Assembly (NCBI GenBank): GCA_963750995.1
Contig: CAVVST010000005.1
Coordinates: 438,199 to 502,198 of the forward strand
DNA from: an uncultured Acidobacteriota bacterium
GTDB lineage: Bacteria; Acidobacteriota; Vicinamibacteria; Vicinamibacterales; UBA2999
Length of the DNA stretch: 64,000 nucleotides
Direction: 5' to 3'
Shown here one piece after another: positions 52,951-64,000 of the stretch (positions within the stretch are counted from its first letter, which is position 1; each line of letters starts with the position of its first letter). A program made the position numbers and the translations under genes. Below the pieces are notes generated by a model. It was given only the letters and a program-made list of their open reading frames with translations. It had not been told where the DNA came from and searched no databases.

Positions 52951-54333
52951 TTACCGCGTCGCGGGCGAATTCTTCCACTTCGCCTGCAGCGCGTCTCGAT
53001 CGAGCTGTGCTCCGCCCAGATACACCGCCGAAATCTGGCGGGTGTTCGCGATGTTGTCGAGCGGGTTCGCGTTGAGCACGACGAAATCGGCGTGGGTTCC
53101 CGTCGCCAGCCTGCCCACATCCGTCAGGCCGAGTGACTCCGCGGCCAGCGCCGTTCCCGCCTCGATCGCCTGCGCCGGGGTCATGCCGAGCATCACGAAC
53201 CCGGCCATCGCGGAATGCGCGGCGCTGCCGAACGTGAGCACATTCCGCACGCCCGAGTCGGTGCCGACGACAATCCGGGCGCCAGCCGCCCTCATCGCCT
53301 GGAAATTGACCTTGATCATTTCCTCGCGCGTGGCCAGCGCTTCAGCATTGGCGGGGGCCGCGTTCGCCTTGCACATCGGCGCGATGGTCGTCTCAGGCAG
53401 CGTCAGCGTGTTGAACGGGTCGCACGGGTCGCGGCGGTAGGTCGACACCTCGTTCGGCGACCAGAACGGCTTCCTGTCCCTGATCAGCGCGATCTCCTCG
53501 TTGTCGATCCTGGCCGTGGTCACGATGTGGACGATGACGTCCGCACCGGCGCGCAGGATGTCCTTCTGATCCCGCCCGATCATTGCGTGGGCATGGACCT
53601 TGACGTTGTGCTTGTGCGCTTCGTCGATGATCGCGTCGTAGACTTCGTGCGGCATCGCCGGGTAGGTGCCGTTCCGATCGCCAACCCACAACTTGACGTT
53701 GCGGATGTTCTTGGCGGCGAGCTCCTGCACGACGGCTCGCGCCTCGGGGGCCTTAATCACGGAGTAATTGGCGTGGAGCGGACGCGACCCCTCGATCAGC
53801 CATTCGTCGGGCCCCCCGTCGGGTGGCACGATGCCGGGAGCGAACACGTAGCGGGACGCCCCCGGATACTTTCCGGCCTTCTGGTCCGCCTGGAACTGCA
53901 GGGAGAGCGGAACCACAGCGGTGCCGCCGTCGTGCACCGTGCCCACGCCATAGAAGGCCTCGCGTTGAAACTGATCGTAGAGGTTTTGCGGTGTGTAGTT
54001 CTCGGGCCGTACGCCTTGACCGGCGATGGTGTTGTAGCCGAAGTGGGCGTGCACGTCGATCAGCGCCGGGATGACGGTCTTACCGGTGAGATCGACGCGC
54101 GCGGCACCGGCGGGCGCCGTGACCGCGCCTTTCCTGCCGATCGCCGTAATCATGCCGTTCTGGACGACGAACGCGCCGTCGTTGATGGGAGGCGTCGACG
54201 CACGGCCGAGGATCAGGCGGGCGCCTTCATAGATGACGGCGGGATTGGCGGCCGGACCTGTCTGTGAATACACCGCAACGGACGCCATCGCTCCGATGGC
54301 AAGACCACACGCCAGTATTTTGGACCGGTGCAT
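52951..54333 (-). CDS. Secreted HutI-like amidohydrolase; paralog of 46839-48215
   Basis: IDVHAH, KVHAHA, GTDSG; long near-identical stretches shared with the paralog. Confidence 0.88.
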   Translation of the reverse strand: MHRSKILACGLAIGAMASVAVYSQTGPAANPAVIYEGARLILGRASTPPINDGAFVVQNGMITAIGRKGAVTAPAGAARVDLTGKTVIPALIDVHAHFGYNTIAGQGVRPENYTPQNLYDQFQREAFYGVGTVHDGGTAVVPLSLQFQADQKAGKYPGASRYVFAPGIVPPDGGPDEWLIEGSRPLHANYSVIKAPEARAVVQELAAKNIRNVKLWVGDRNGTYPAMPHEVYDAIIDEAHKHNVKVHAHAMIGRDQKDILRAGADVIVHIVTTARIDNEEIALIRDRKPFWSPNEVSTYRRDPCDPFNTLTLPETTIAPMCKANAAPANAEALATREEMIKVNFQAMRAAGARIVVGTDSGVRNVLTFGSAAHSAMAGFVMLGMTPAQAIEAGTALAAESLGLTDVGRLATGTHADFVVLNANPLDNIANTRQISAVYLGGAQLDRDALQAKWKNSPATR

Positions 54334-54514
54334 GCACCACCTCCTGCCCTTCGCATCGATATGAACCGGGTGTCCCTATGCTCGAAAGGCGACCGATTCT
54401 ATCTTGAAAACGAAGGCCAGTGACGGCCGGTCAGGATGGAGAAACCGTGATATCAATATCCCGCACACGTTCTCGCTGCTTGTGATCTTCTAGACCTGCG
54501 CCTAGGAGGAAACG

Positions 54515-55630
54515 ATGAGACAGGACCGACGGCACTTTCTAGCGGGGCTTGCCGCCATGGGAACAGGGATGCTCGCGGCGCGCTGCGGCGGTGCCCAGGA
54601 GGCCGCGGTGCCCGCCCAGGAGGCCGGACCGGCGCTCGACCGGATTGCCGCCGGAAGCCGGATCGACGTGCACAGTCACTTCACGTCGCCGGGCTGGTTC
54701 AAGGAGCTCGAGTCAGCCGATTTCGTCCCCGGCGCGCGGCGGGGCTGGACGCCGGAAAAAACCCTCGAGGCGATGGACCAGTCAGGCACGGCCACCGCGC
54801 TCATCTCGACGGGGCAGGCCGGTGGCGCATTTACGCCGGATCGGCTGCGTCAGCGCGGCATCTCCCCGGCACAGGCCGCCGAGTCGATCCGCCGGCTGGC
54901 GCGCGAGGCCAACGAGTACGGCACCAAGATGGGGTCGGACCACCCGGGCCGGTTCGTGCTGATGGCGTCGCTGCCAATGCCCGACGTCGACGCGAGCCTG
55001 CGGGAGCTGGAGTACGCGCTCGACACGCTGAAGGCCGGCGGCGCGTTTCTGCCGACGAGCTACGGCGACAAGTACATCGGCGACCCGATGTTCACGCCGC
55101 TGCTCGAGGAGCTGAACCGCCGCAAAGTGATCGTCTACACGCATCCGACCGACGCCGCCTGCTGCATCGGCATCCTCCCGAAAGTGATCCCGAACACGAT
55201 CGAGTACGGCACCGACACGACGCGGATGATCATGAGCCTGATCGCCAACGATGCGCCGACCAAGTTCCGCGACATCCGCTGGATCTTCTCGCACGCCGGC
55301 GGCACCATGCCGTTCCTCGTTCAGCGTATCGTCGGCCGGAAAGAGGTCGCCGAGCTGGGGAACCCGGCGGCGGCCGACTCGCGGCTCGACCAGCTGCGGC
55401 ACTTCTACTACGACACTGCGCAGACGGCGAACCCGGTGGCGATGATGGCGCTGAAGCAGGTGGTGGGCCTCGACCAGGTGGTGTTCGGGACCGATTACCC
55501 GTACAGCACGATGGTCGATGACGTGCGCGGGCTCGCCTCGTGCGGCGCGTTCAACGCGGAGGAGCTCGCGCAAATCTACCGGGGTAACGTGCGGCGGATG
55601 ATGCCGCAGCTGCCGGCGAGCACGACGTAG
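54515..55630 (+). CDS. Amidohydrolase_2 family Tat lipoprotein
   Basis: DRRHFL...AARC signal; RIDVHSH, HPTDAACC, FSHAGG, FGTDYPY. Confidence 0.9.
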   Translation: MRQDRRHFLAGLAAMGTGMLAARCGGAQEAAVPAQEAGPALDRIAAGSRIDVHSHFTSPGWFKELESADFVPGARRGWTPEKTLEAMDQSGTATALISTGQAGGAFTPDRLRQRGISPAQAAESIRRLAREANEYGTKMGSDHPGRFVLMASLPMPDVDASLRELEYALDTLKAGGAFLPTSYGDKYIGDPMFTPLLEELNRRKVIVYTHPTDAACCIGILPKVIPNTIEYGTDTTRMIMSLIANDAPTKFRDIRWIFSHAGGTMPFLVQRIVGRKEVAELGNPAAADSRLDQLRHFYYDTAQTANPVAMMALKQVVGLDQVVFGTDYPYSTMVDDVRGLASCGAFNAEELAQIYRGNVRRMMPQLPASTT

Positions 55631-55649
55631 CGGCAGATTGGAGCACGCC

Positions 55650-56726
55650 ATGATCAGCCTGAGATCGAATCGATGGGCGGTGAAGTCGGGATTCGCGCTG
55701 CTGGCGATCGCCGGCCTTCTCGCATTCCTGGTGGGGCCGACCCGCGCCCAGAGCGGCAGCAGCGGCGGCGCCTTCGCCCCCGGCACGGGGGGCATCGACC
55801 CCATCCTCGTCGGTACGATCGACCTGCATGCGCATCAGGGACCCGACGACAAAGCGCGGAGCGCCGACTTTCTCGAGGCGGCCCAATACGCACGGTTGAA
55901 GGGCATGCGCGGGCTCGTGCTCAAGTCCCACTACGATTCAACCGCGATCCAGGCGTTCATGGTGCGGAAGTACGTGCCCGGCTTCGAAGCCTTTGGCACG
56001 ATCGACCTGAATCGCACGCATGGCGGGATGAACGCGTTTGCGGTCGAGCACTTCGCGTTGACGTCGATGCCGGGCTACCCGCCGGAAGGGTACGGCCGCA
56101 TGGTCATGCTGGGATCGTACGACGTCCCCTTCGCGCTCGCCGCGGCGAAGAGCAACGACACGCCGGTATATGTGGTGAAAGACGGGGCGGTGGTGCCGGA
56201 GGCGAAGGCGGTCATCGCCATGGCCAAGAAGCACAACCTGTCGATCACGACCGGTCACAATTCGGGAGCGGAAGCGATCCTGATCATCAAGGAAGCGCTC
56301 GCGCAGGGTTATTCGCCCGTGCGCCTGTCGGTGACGCATGCGAATGAGAATGTGCCCGGTTTGACGCTGGCGGAAATGCAGGAGGTGGCGAAACTCGGCG
56401 CCTTTGTCGAGATGGCAGGGCAATCGCAGCGAGCCCTCACCCCTGAGGCGCAAAAGCGGCTCGATGCCAAGAACGATCGGATCGCCGACCTGATCAAGAA
56501 GGTCGGCCCCAACAGCGTCATCATGGAGAGCGACCTCGGCCAGGGCGACACCGAATACATTGCCGACGGCCTTGCCGCCTTCGTCCGCAACATGCGCGCA
56601 CGCGGGATTTCGGCGGCGGACACCGACATCATGACCAAGCGGAATCCCGCCCGGTTTCTCGGAATTCCAGAAGTCGCGCCGCTGCGCCTCGGAGACGCGG
56701 CGGAAAGTGCCGGGGCCAGGGACTAG
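55650..56726 (+). CDS. DUF6282-like / phosphotriesterase-related TIM-barrel metalloprotein, secreted
   Basis: IDLHAHQGPD, GMRGLVLKSH, TTGH, VTHA, ESDLGQ, NPARFLG. Confidence 0.7.
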   Translation: MISLRSNRWAVKSGFALLAIAGLLAFLVGPTRAQSGSSGGAFAPGTGGIDPILVGTIDLHAHQGPDDKARSADFLEAAQYARLKGMRGLVLKSHYDSTAIQAFMVRKYVPGFEAFGTIDLNRTHGGMNAFAVEHFALTSMPGYPPEGYGRMVMLGSYDVPFALAAAKSNDTPVYVVKDGAVVPEAKAVIAMAKKHNLSITTGHNSGAEAILIIKEALAQGYSPVRLSVTHANENVPGLTLAEMQEVAKLGAFVEMAGQSQRALTPEAQKRLDAKNDRIADLIKKVGPNSVIMESDLGQGDTEYIADGLAAFVRNMRARGISAADTDIMTKRNPARFLGIPEVAPLRLGDAAESAGARD

Positions 56727-58559
56727 CGGGATATCGATTTCTGACGGGCGTCAATCTCGATCTGCGCCCGTCTGAGGTTGTCCTCGGCGGCGGCCAGGCC
56801 CGGTTTCAGACGCAGCGCCGTTCGCAAATACGGAACGCTCTTTTCGGCCTGCCCGGCCATCAGGAGCACACCTCCGAGATTGCTGTGGGCTTCGGCGCTG
56901 CCCGGATTGAGCCGCAGGACCTCATTCAGCTCCGCGAGTGCCGCGGAGAACCTGCCTTCACGCGCCAGTACCAGTCCAAGATTCGTTCGCACCTCCGGCA
57001 TGGGCCGCACGGCCAGGGCGCGCTCGTAGTACGAGATCGCCTCGTCCGGTTTGCCGTGATTCTCCAACGAGAGGGCCATGTAGAGAAGCGCAGCAAAAAA
57101 CCGCGGTTCTATTCGCAGCGCTTCTGCAAGATGGGGAATCGCCCGTTCGTATTCTCCCCGCTGCATCAGGACGTAGCCGTAGTTGTATTCGATGACCAGG
57201 TTATCCCTCGTCACCGACAAGGTGTACTGAAACAGGGTGTCCGTGTCGCGCCAGCGACTGGCTTGAACGGCAGTGACAGAGGCGAGAAGCACCAGCGTCA
57301 CCGCCGCAATCGCGACCATGACCGGCCGCCCGATGCGCCACCTGTTCGCGAGTTCAGCGAGACCAAAGACCAGCGCGACGTAGAGCCCGATGGATGGAAC
57401 GTAGTAATAACGGTCGGCCATTGCCTGGCCGATCCCCACCGGCACAAGACCGATCACCGGAATGAACGTTCCCACGAACCACAGCCATCCCACGATCAGC
57501 CAGGGCCGCGTCACCGCACCTCGAAGCGCAACTGCCGTGATGACCGCAAGCGTCATGACGGCAACCGCGATCCGCCAGATCGGCGCGCCGCCGGGAGAAA
57601 ACGGATAGTAAACCGCCAGATCCGCAGGCCAGAACGTCAAAAAGATGTATTGGGAGTACAGACACCAGCGCATTAGCCATGCGCACGGTCAGCGGGGCGT
57701 CGACGATCCTCTCCCCGGGTCCGACATTCGCCTGGGCAAACCAGGTCACGACCATGGAAGCCGCCACCATGCCGAACAGCGGCAGCTTCTCGCGAACCAG
57801 CGGTAACCAGGCCTTGGCGATTCGCCCGATTCCATCCGCCGGCCGCCAATCGACGCGACGAAGCGGCCAGTAATCCAAGACGAGCAGGACGAAAGGCCAG
57901 GTCACCAACATCGGCTTGGCCAGCAACCCCAGGCCCAGCCACAGCGCAACCAGCGCAGACCGTGTCTTCGAGGGTCTTTTCGAATAACGGACGTACGCCA
58001 GAAGGGTGATCAAGCCAAAAAAGGTCGACAACGTATCTTTGCGTTCGATCGCCCACGCGACCGATTCCACGTGCAGGGGATGCAGGGCGAAGAGAGCCGC
58101 GACGATGGCGCTCGGCCACCTGGCGTCCGTGACTCGTCTGAGGAACAGGAACAGAAGCCACGTGTTCGCAACATGGATCAGCGCATTGACGACCAGGTGT
58201 CGGCCCGCATTGAGACCGAACATCTGGACGTCCGCCATATGAGCGATCCAGGCGAGTGGGTGCCAATTCGAGTCGTAGAACGTCGTAAACGCCCAGACAA
58301 TGCCTTTCCAGGTCACGCCGCCTGTGACCATCGGATTGTTCTGGATGTAGACCTGGTCGTCGAGAACGATGAATTGATGACCAGCGACTTGTCCGTACAC
58401 CGCGAGCGTCGCCACCGCTAATCCTGCAGTAATAAACAGGTCGATCCGGTCGAAGCCTTGCGCCGGCCCCGCAGCTCGCGGTCTTTCGGCGGACCGTGGA
58501 TGGTCGGCGGCGAAAGGCTGACGTCGCTGCCTCCCTGACCTGCTCGTCCTGGTAGCCAT
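56723..58559 (-). CDS. TMTC-like GT-C membrane glycosyltransferase with C-terminal TPR repeats; frameshift near 57665
   Basis: LDDQVYI acidic motif after TM1, NWHPL, LFALHPLHVESVAW, LLAKPM, MADRYYY; several TPRs. Confidence 0.82.
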
Positions 58560-58577
58560 ACAAGTCGCAGGGGCGGG

Positions 58578-59425
58578 CTAGCGACGACCTGAGCGAATCC
58601 CACGCGCGGCCTCGGCCGCCGCCGCGGCAGGATCAGCACCCTCCTGGCCCGTGCGGTGATCACCACGCCCCAGGGTACTTCTTCGAGCCATATAGCCAGA
58701 ACGGTGAAGAAGTATGGGCTTCCCATCTCCTTGATCTTCAGCTTCGCTTCACCGGCCTGGCGGTTCCGCCAGGTGATCGGAATTACGGTCCAGGTGAAGC
58801 CGCGGACGATCGCCTTGAGCGGCAGTTCGACCGTCAAATTAAACTGAGCGGCACGCAGCGGCCGACATCCATCAATGACTTCGCGGCGGTAGGCCTTGAA
58901 CGCGTTCGTCGTGTCGTTGAGGTGAATGCCGAACGCGAGTTTCAAGAACGTATTCGCCAGCCGATTGAGCACCAGCTTTATGCGGGGGTAATCGATCGTG
59001 CCGCCGCCCTTGATGAACCGGCTTCCGAACACGCAGTCCCAGCCCGCGTTGAGCGCCTGCCAGTAGCGCACGACATCGCGATGGTCATCCGATCCGTCCG
59101 CCATCAGGATGACGACCGCGTCACCCGACATGTGATCGAGGCCGAACACGATCGCCCGGCCAAACCCGTGCGGTGCGGTGTTCTGCAGCGGCCGCAGTTC
59201 GGGGATGCGGTTCTTCAACTCCAGGAGAATGGCGTAGGTCCTATCCCGGCTGCCGTCGTCGACGACGATGATCTCCTGAGGAATATCGTGTAAGCGCAGC
59301 TCCGCGTGCAAGTGCTCGACGGTGGCGGCGATGCACGCTTCCTCGTCCCGGGCCGGGATGACGACTGTCAGCCGCGCGATCCGTGTCGTCGCGCCGTTCG
59401 AGCTCGCTCCGTGTTCACTCTTCAT
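58578..59425 (-). CDS. GT2 glycosyltransferase (polyprenol-phosphate sugar synthase/DPM1-like)
   Basis: [41 protein letters not shown] overlap with the epimerase. 3' end frameshifted, so the end coordinate is approximate. Confidence 0.85.
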
Positions 59426-60495
59426 CTCCGTCGGGATGAGCTGAGTGCCAACCGATCGCACCATGCTTCGACGATGTCTCCCACCGTCTCGTCAAGTGAC
59501 TTGGTGATCTGCCAGTTCGGGTAGTGATTCTGGATCTTGCGGAGGTCACTGTAATAGCAGATGTGATCGCCTGCGCGTGGCTCGTCGACGTAGGTGTGAC
59601 GTTGCGCCTTGCCGGTGTGGGCGGCTGTAAGCGCAAAAGCTTCAAGAATCGAGCAGGAGTTGGCCTTGCCGCCCCCGAGGTTGTAAACCTCGGCCACGCG
59701 AGGGCTGCTCCAGAATTCGAAGATGAATCGAGCCACATCCTCAGCGTGAAGGTTGTCCCGGACCTGCTTCCCCTTGTACCCGTGGACTCTGTACTCCCGT
59801 CCTTCCAGGTTGCACATCACGAGGTAGCTCAGAAAACCATGCAGCTCGACGCCGCCATGATTGGGGCCCGTGAGACAACCTCCCCTCAGGCAGCATGTCG
59901 GCATGCCGAAGTATCGGCCGTACTCCTGCACCATGACGTCGGCCGCCAGCTTGGACGCGCCGAAGAGCGAATGCTTCGACTGGTCGACCGGGAACGTTTC
60001 GGGGATGCCGTCCAGGTAAGCCGAATCGTCGTAGTCCCACCGACTCTCGAATTCCCTCAACCGGATCCTGTTCGGAGCGTCGCCGTAGACCTTGTTCGTC
60101 GACAGGTAGACGAAGGGAGCCTCGGGACAGAACCGCCTGGCCGCTTCCAGCAAGTTCAGAGTCCCGACAGCATTGGTGTCGAAGTCGTCGAACGGGATGG
60201 CAGGGGCGAGGTCGTGCGACGGCTGCGCGGCACAGTGGACAATCGCGGCGGGCCTGAGCGTTGACAACAACTCCAGAACGCGATGCCTGTTGCGAATGTC
60301 GAGCTCGTTGTGGTGGAAGTCGCTCAGGCTGCTTTCAAGCCGCCGCTGGTTCCAGCGGGTGTCCCCGTTCGGCCCGAAAAACACGGCTCGTTGGTTGTTG
60401 TCCAACCCGTGCACGCAGAATCCGCGAGCGTGGAAGTAGCCGCTAACCTCGGAGCCGATCAGCCCGGAAGACCCGGTCACCAGAATCGTCTTCAC
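59422..60495 (-). CDS. NAD-dependent epimerase/dehydratase (CDP-paratose 2-epimerase-like)
   Basis: [41 protein letters not shown]. Confidence 0.85.
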   Translation of the reverse strand: MKTILVTGSSGLIGSEVSGYFHARGFCVHGLDNNQRAVFFGPNGDTRWNQRRLESSLSDFHHNELDIRNRHRVLELLSTLRPAAIVHCAAQPSHDLAPAIPFDDFDTNAVGTLNLLEAARRFCPEAPFVYLSTNKVYGDAPNRIRLREFESRWDYDDSAYLDGIPETFPVDQSKHSLFGASKLAADVMVQEYGRYFGMPTCCLRGGCLTGPNHGGVELHGFLSYLVMCNLEGREYRVHGYKGKQVRDNLHAEDVARFIFEFWSSPRVAEVYNLGGGKANSCSILEAFALTAAHTGKAQRHTYVDEPRAGDHICYYSDLRKIQNHYPNWQITKSLDETVGDIVEAWCDRLALSSSRRR

Positions 60496-60599
60496 ATGAT
60501 CCCCCTCGTACGACTAGCCGGATATGCGCGGACGCGATCGAAATGAATGCCGAAGCTATCGGAGAGTATTTTTTCCAATGCGACGCTGTCAATCAGGGT

Positions 60600-60628
60600 C
60601 TGACGTGCGTTTGCACCCGTGGTATAAA
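60600..60628 (+). promoter_or_regulatory. Possible sigma70 promoter for the receptor at 60672
   Basis: CTGACG, 17-nt spacer, TATAAA with a TGn extended -10. Confidence 0.5.
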
Positions 60629-60671
60629 CGTGCCCGCTGGAAGAGCGCTCAGCCAGACAAGAGGGGGGCAT

Positions 60672-63600
60672 ATGGCAAGGCGTACAGGAATGAATCAACG
60701 GCGGCTGGCATTGATGGCAGGCGTCGTGACGCTGTTGCCGGCGTTGGCTTTTGCCCAGGGCTCGATCGCGGGTGTCGTGAGAGATACCTCGGGGGCCGTG
60801 CTGCCGGGGGTGACGGTCGAGGCGGCCAGCCCGGCGCTGATCGAGAAAGTGCGCACGGTGGTGTCTGACAGCAGCGGCCAGTACCAGATCGTGGACTTGC
60901 GGCCCGGCACCTATACGCTCACCCTGACGCTGTCAGGATTCAACACCTTCAGGCGCGAGGGCATCGAGCTGACCGGGAACTTCACCGCCACGGTGAACGC
61001 CGAGATGCGCGTGGGCGCGCTCGAAGAGACGATCACGGTGACGGCCGAGTCGCCGGTCGTGGACGTGTCGAACGCGGCGCGCCAGCGTGTGGTACGCCAG
61101 GATTTGTTCGACGCCCTGCCCAATGATCGCGTGCCCGGCTACATGGCCGGGTTGATGCCGGGCATCACCAACGCCGGCACGCAGGAGGTCGGAGGCAGCC
61201 AGGGTAATTCAGCCACGGGTGGTCCGGGCATGGTAAGCCACGGCAGCAGGTCCACCGACATCCGGACGATGGCCAGCAACGTCTCGATCGGCTCCCCGGA
61301 AAATGGAGCGAGCGGGCAAGGCGTGCCCAACCTGATGATGTATCAGGAGGTGACGATCGATACCGCCGGGGCATCGGCCGAGAACGATCTGGGTGGGGTC
61401 ACCCTCAACCTGATCCCGCGCGACGGCGGAAACACCTTCCGGGGCTCAGTCATCTTCGCGTTCGCGAACAGCTCCATGCAAGGGACCAACCTGACACAGG
61501 AGCTTCGGGATCGAGGCCTGAAGACCGCCAACACGGTCAAGCGTATCTACGACATCAACCCCGGGTTCGGAGGCCCGATCAAACGGGACAGGCTTTGGTT
61601 CTTCACCACCTTCCGCGATACCAGCGCGGATAACACGATCGGCGGGATGTTCTTCAACAAGAACGCCGGCAATGCGAACGCCTACACCTACGAGCCCGAC
61701 ACCAGCCGGCCGGCCTTCACGACCAATCCGTGGAAGACGGCGAGCGTGCGCCTGACCTGGCAGGCGACGCGGAAGAACAAGCTCGCCTTCGGCTACAACC
61801 AAGTGGAGGCGACGCGACCTCCCCTCATCACCGCGACCGCCGCACCCGAGTCGGTGCAAGTGCAGAAGTTCCGCCACGACATGACCTTCCTCGGTGAATG
61901 GACCGCGCCGCTCACCAATCGTGTGCTGCTTGAATCGGTCGTCTATCAGCGGCGCCTGCCGTCGTATTCCGGGCGTCCCGAGGGCCTCCCGGCACTGGGT
62001 TTGAGCAAGATCACGGAACAGGCGACCGGAGTGAGCTTCCGCGCCCTGTCCGGCACCAACGACTACAAGGTCAACACGAACATCGCCTACCGTGTGGCCG
62101 CGTCGTACATCACCGGCACGCACGCGTTCAAGGTCGGCTATGCCGACATGCAGGGTTTCCGTAAGGCCACTGCGCTCGTGCTCGATTCCCCGGTCGCGTT
62201 CCGCGTCAACAACGGAGTGCCCAACCAGCTGACGGAGTTCTACGGGCCCAACATCGCCTGCGACAACACGCGCGGCTGCGACCGGTACCAGGATCTCTCG
62301 AACCTCGACCACGACATGGGGATCTATGCGTCAGACAAGTGGACCATCGATCGCCTGACGCTCAACTACGGCGTCAGGTCCTCCTGGTTCAAGACGACTT
62401 TTCCGGCGCAGCACGTGGAGCCCGGCACCCTGGCACCGACGCTCAACCTGGACTTCCCTGAAACGGCGGGGGTGAACTGGAAGGACATCGTGCCGCGTCT
62501 GGGAGCGGCGTACAACGTCTTCGGCACCGGGAAGACGGCGCTGAAAATCAGCCTCAACAAGTACGTCGCGGGCCAGGCGCTGGCGGGTAATGTGACGTTC
62601 GGCGATCTCCTGAATCCCTTCAGGCGCCTCGTGCTCAGCACGACGCGGAACTGGACCGACAGCAACAACAACTTCGTGCCTGACTGCGACCTGACGAACC
62701 CGGCGGCGCAGAACCTGACCGCGACCGGCGGCGATATCTGCGCGGCGATGGCCAACCAGAACTTCGGGAAGACGGTGGCCGGCACCACCTACGATCCCGA
62801 GACGACGACCGGCTGGGGGAAGCGCGCCTACAACTGGGAATTCAGCACCGGCATTCAGCACGAGATCCTGTCGCGTACGTCGCTGGAAGTCGCCTACTTC
62901 CGCCGGTCGTTCGGAAACTTCATCGTCACCGACAACCGTGCCGTCGCGGCGAGCGATTACACCAGTTACGAAATCACGGCGCCGGTCGACCCGCGCTTGC
63001 CAGGCGGCGGCGGTTATCCCGTCACCGGGCTGTACGACCTCAATCCGAACAAAGTACGGCCAAGTCGACAACTACATCACGTTTGCGGGGGATGGAACGC
63101 AGTCCGAGAGCTGGAATGGTGTGGACATCACCGCCAGCACACGCCTCGTCGGCGCCCAGTTCCAGGGCGGCGTGAGCACCGGGCGCAGGACCTCCGACGT
63201 ATGCGGGATGGTGGCGCAGCTGCCTGAAATGCTGACGGCCCCTGAACAGTTCTGTCTGTCACAGGAGCCATTCCTCACGCAGGTCAAGTTCATCGGCACC
63301 TACACCGTCCCGAAGATCGACGTGCGTTTCAGTGGGTCGTTCCAGAACATCCCCGGGCCGCAGCTCTCGGCAAACTACGTCGCAACCAACGCGATGATCG
63401 CGCCGTCGCTCGGCCGGAGCCTCTCCGGTGGCGCCGCCAACGCCACGGTCAACATCCTGGAACCAGGCGCGATGTTCGGTGACCGGGTGAACCAGATCGA
63501 CCTGCGGTTCGCGAAGATTCTGAGGATTGGCAGTACCAGGCGCGTGACGGTCAATTTCGACGTGGCCAACGCGTTGAACGCCAACCCGGTGCTGACGGAG

Positions 63601-63684
63601 AGCGCCGTCTTTGCGACGTGGCGGCAGCCGCAATCGATCCTGACCGCACGGTTCGTCAAGTTCGGCCTGCAGCTGGACTTCTAA
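60672..63684 (+). CDS. TonB-dependent receptor; frameshift near 63057
   Basis: Same subfamily motifs as 21970; C-terminus FGLQLDF. Confidence 0.9.
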
Positions 63685-63703
63685 GCCGGTGCCGCTGCCT
63701 ATA

Positions 63704-64000
63704 TTAGGCGGCGCCGATCAGGTCGGTGTAGAAGAACTCCTCGACGTACTCGGCGCATCTGAAGGGAAGGAGCTGCGCGTTCTTCTCGATCCGCCGGTAG
63801 AGCGGCATGCTGATCTTCCACGGGCGGGTGAAGACGTTGGCGTCCTCCATCGTCGCCTCGTACGTTGAGGTGATCCTTGTCGATCATCGTGTAGCGCTCG
63901 ATGACATGCAGCGCGTCGGAATGGTAATTGCCCGCCCGGTCGAACCAGGACTGATCACCCAGGCCTTTCACGTCGATCACCAGCGTGTCGCCGTCCCACC
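63704..64000 (-). CDS. C-terminal part of a secreted two-Cys family protein (runs off the right edge)
   Basis: WDGDTLVIDV...WFDRAGNYHSDALHVIERY; shifted frame gives YEATMEDANVFTRPWKISMPLYR...FRCAE. Confidence 0.8.

Overview
GC-rich bacterial window. Gene content points to Acidobacteriota, probably Vicinamibacterales/subdivision 6 (inference). Many genes carry single-base frameshifts, most simply read as long-read consensus errors. There are no housekeeping genes, recognisable DNA-binding regulators or inner-membrane solute transporters, and nearly every protein has an export signal. Contents: six TonB-dependent receptors; eight members plus one decayed copy of an uncharacterised secreted two-Cys protein family (motifs D[LI]xGxW, CxPxGxPR, GxWxGDTLV, DPxx[FY]TxPW); four DUF6152-like proteins with a predicted His-His mature N-terminus; two DUF6644-like membrane-protein pairs; two c-type cytochromes; and many exported enzymes from usually cytoplasmic families (four Tat amidohydrolase_2, two Tat enolase-superfamily, one Tat ThDP enzyme), plus an amidase, an MBL-fold protein, an M28-like protein and HutI-like amidohydrolases. 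The best candidate for an undescribed system is a repeated cassette: [DUF6152 + two-Cys partner] + [variable exported enzyme] + [DUF6644 pair]. It occurs twice, and the partners co-vary in sequence. Mobility evidence: two identical 3' halves of tRNA-Cys 17.2 kb apart, a tyrosine-integrase remnant, and an IS701 element inserted just downstream of a near-consensus promoter. A possible protein O-glycosylation trio lies near the right end. Family names come from motif recognition, not database searches.
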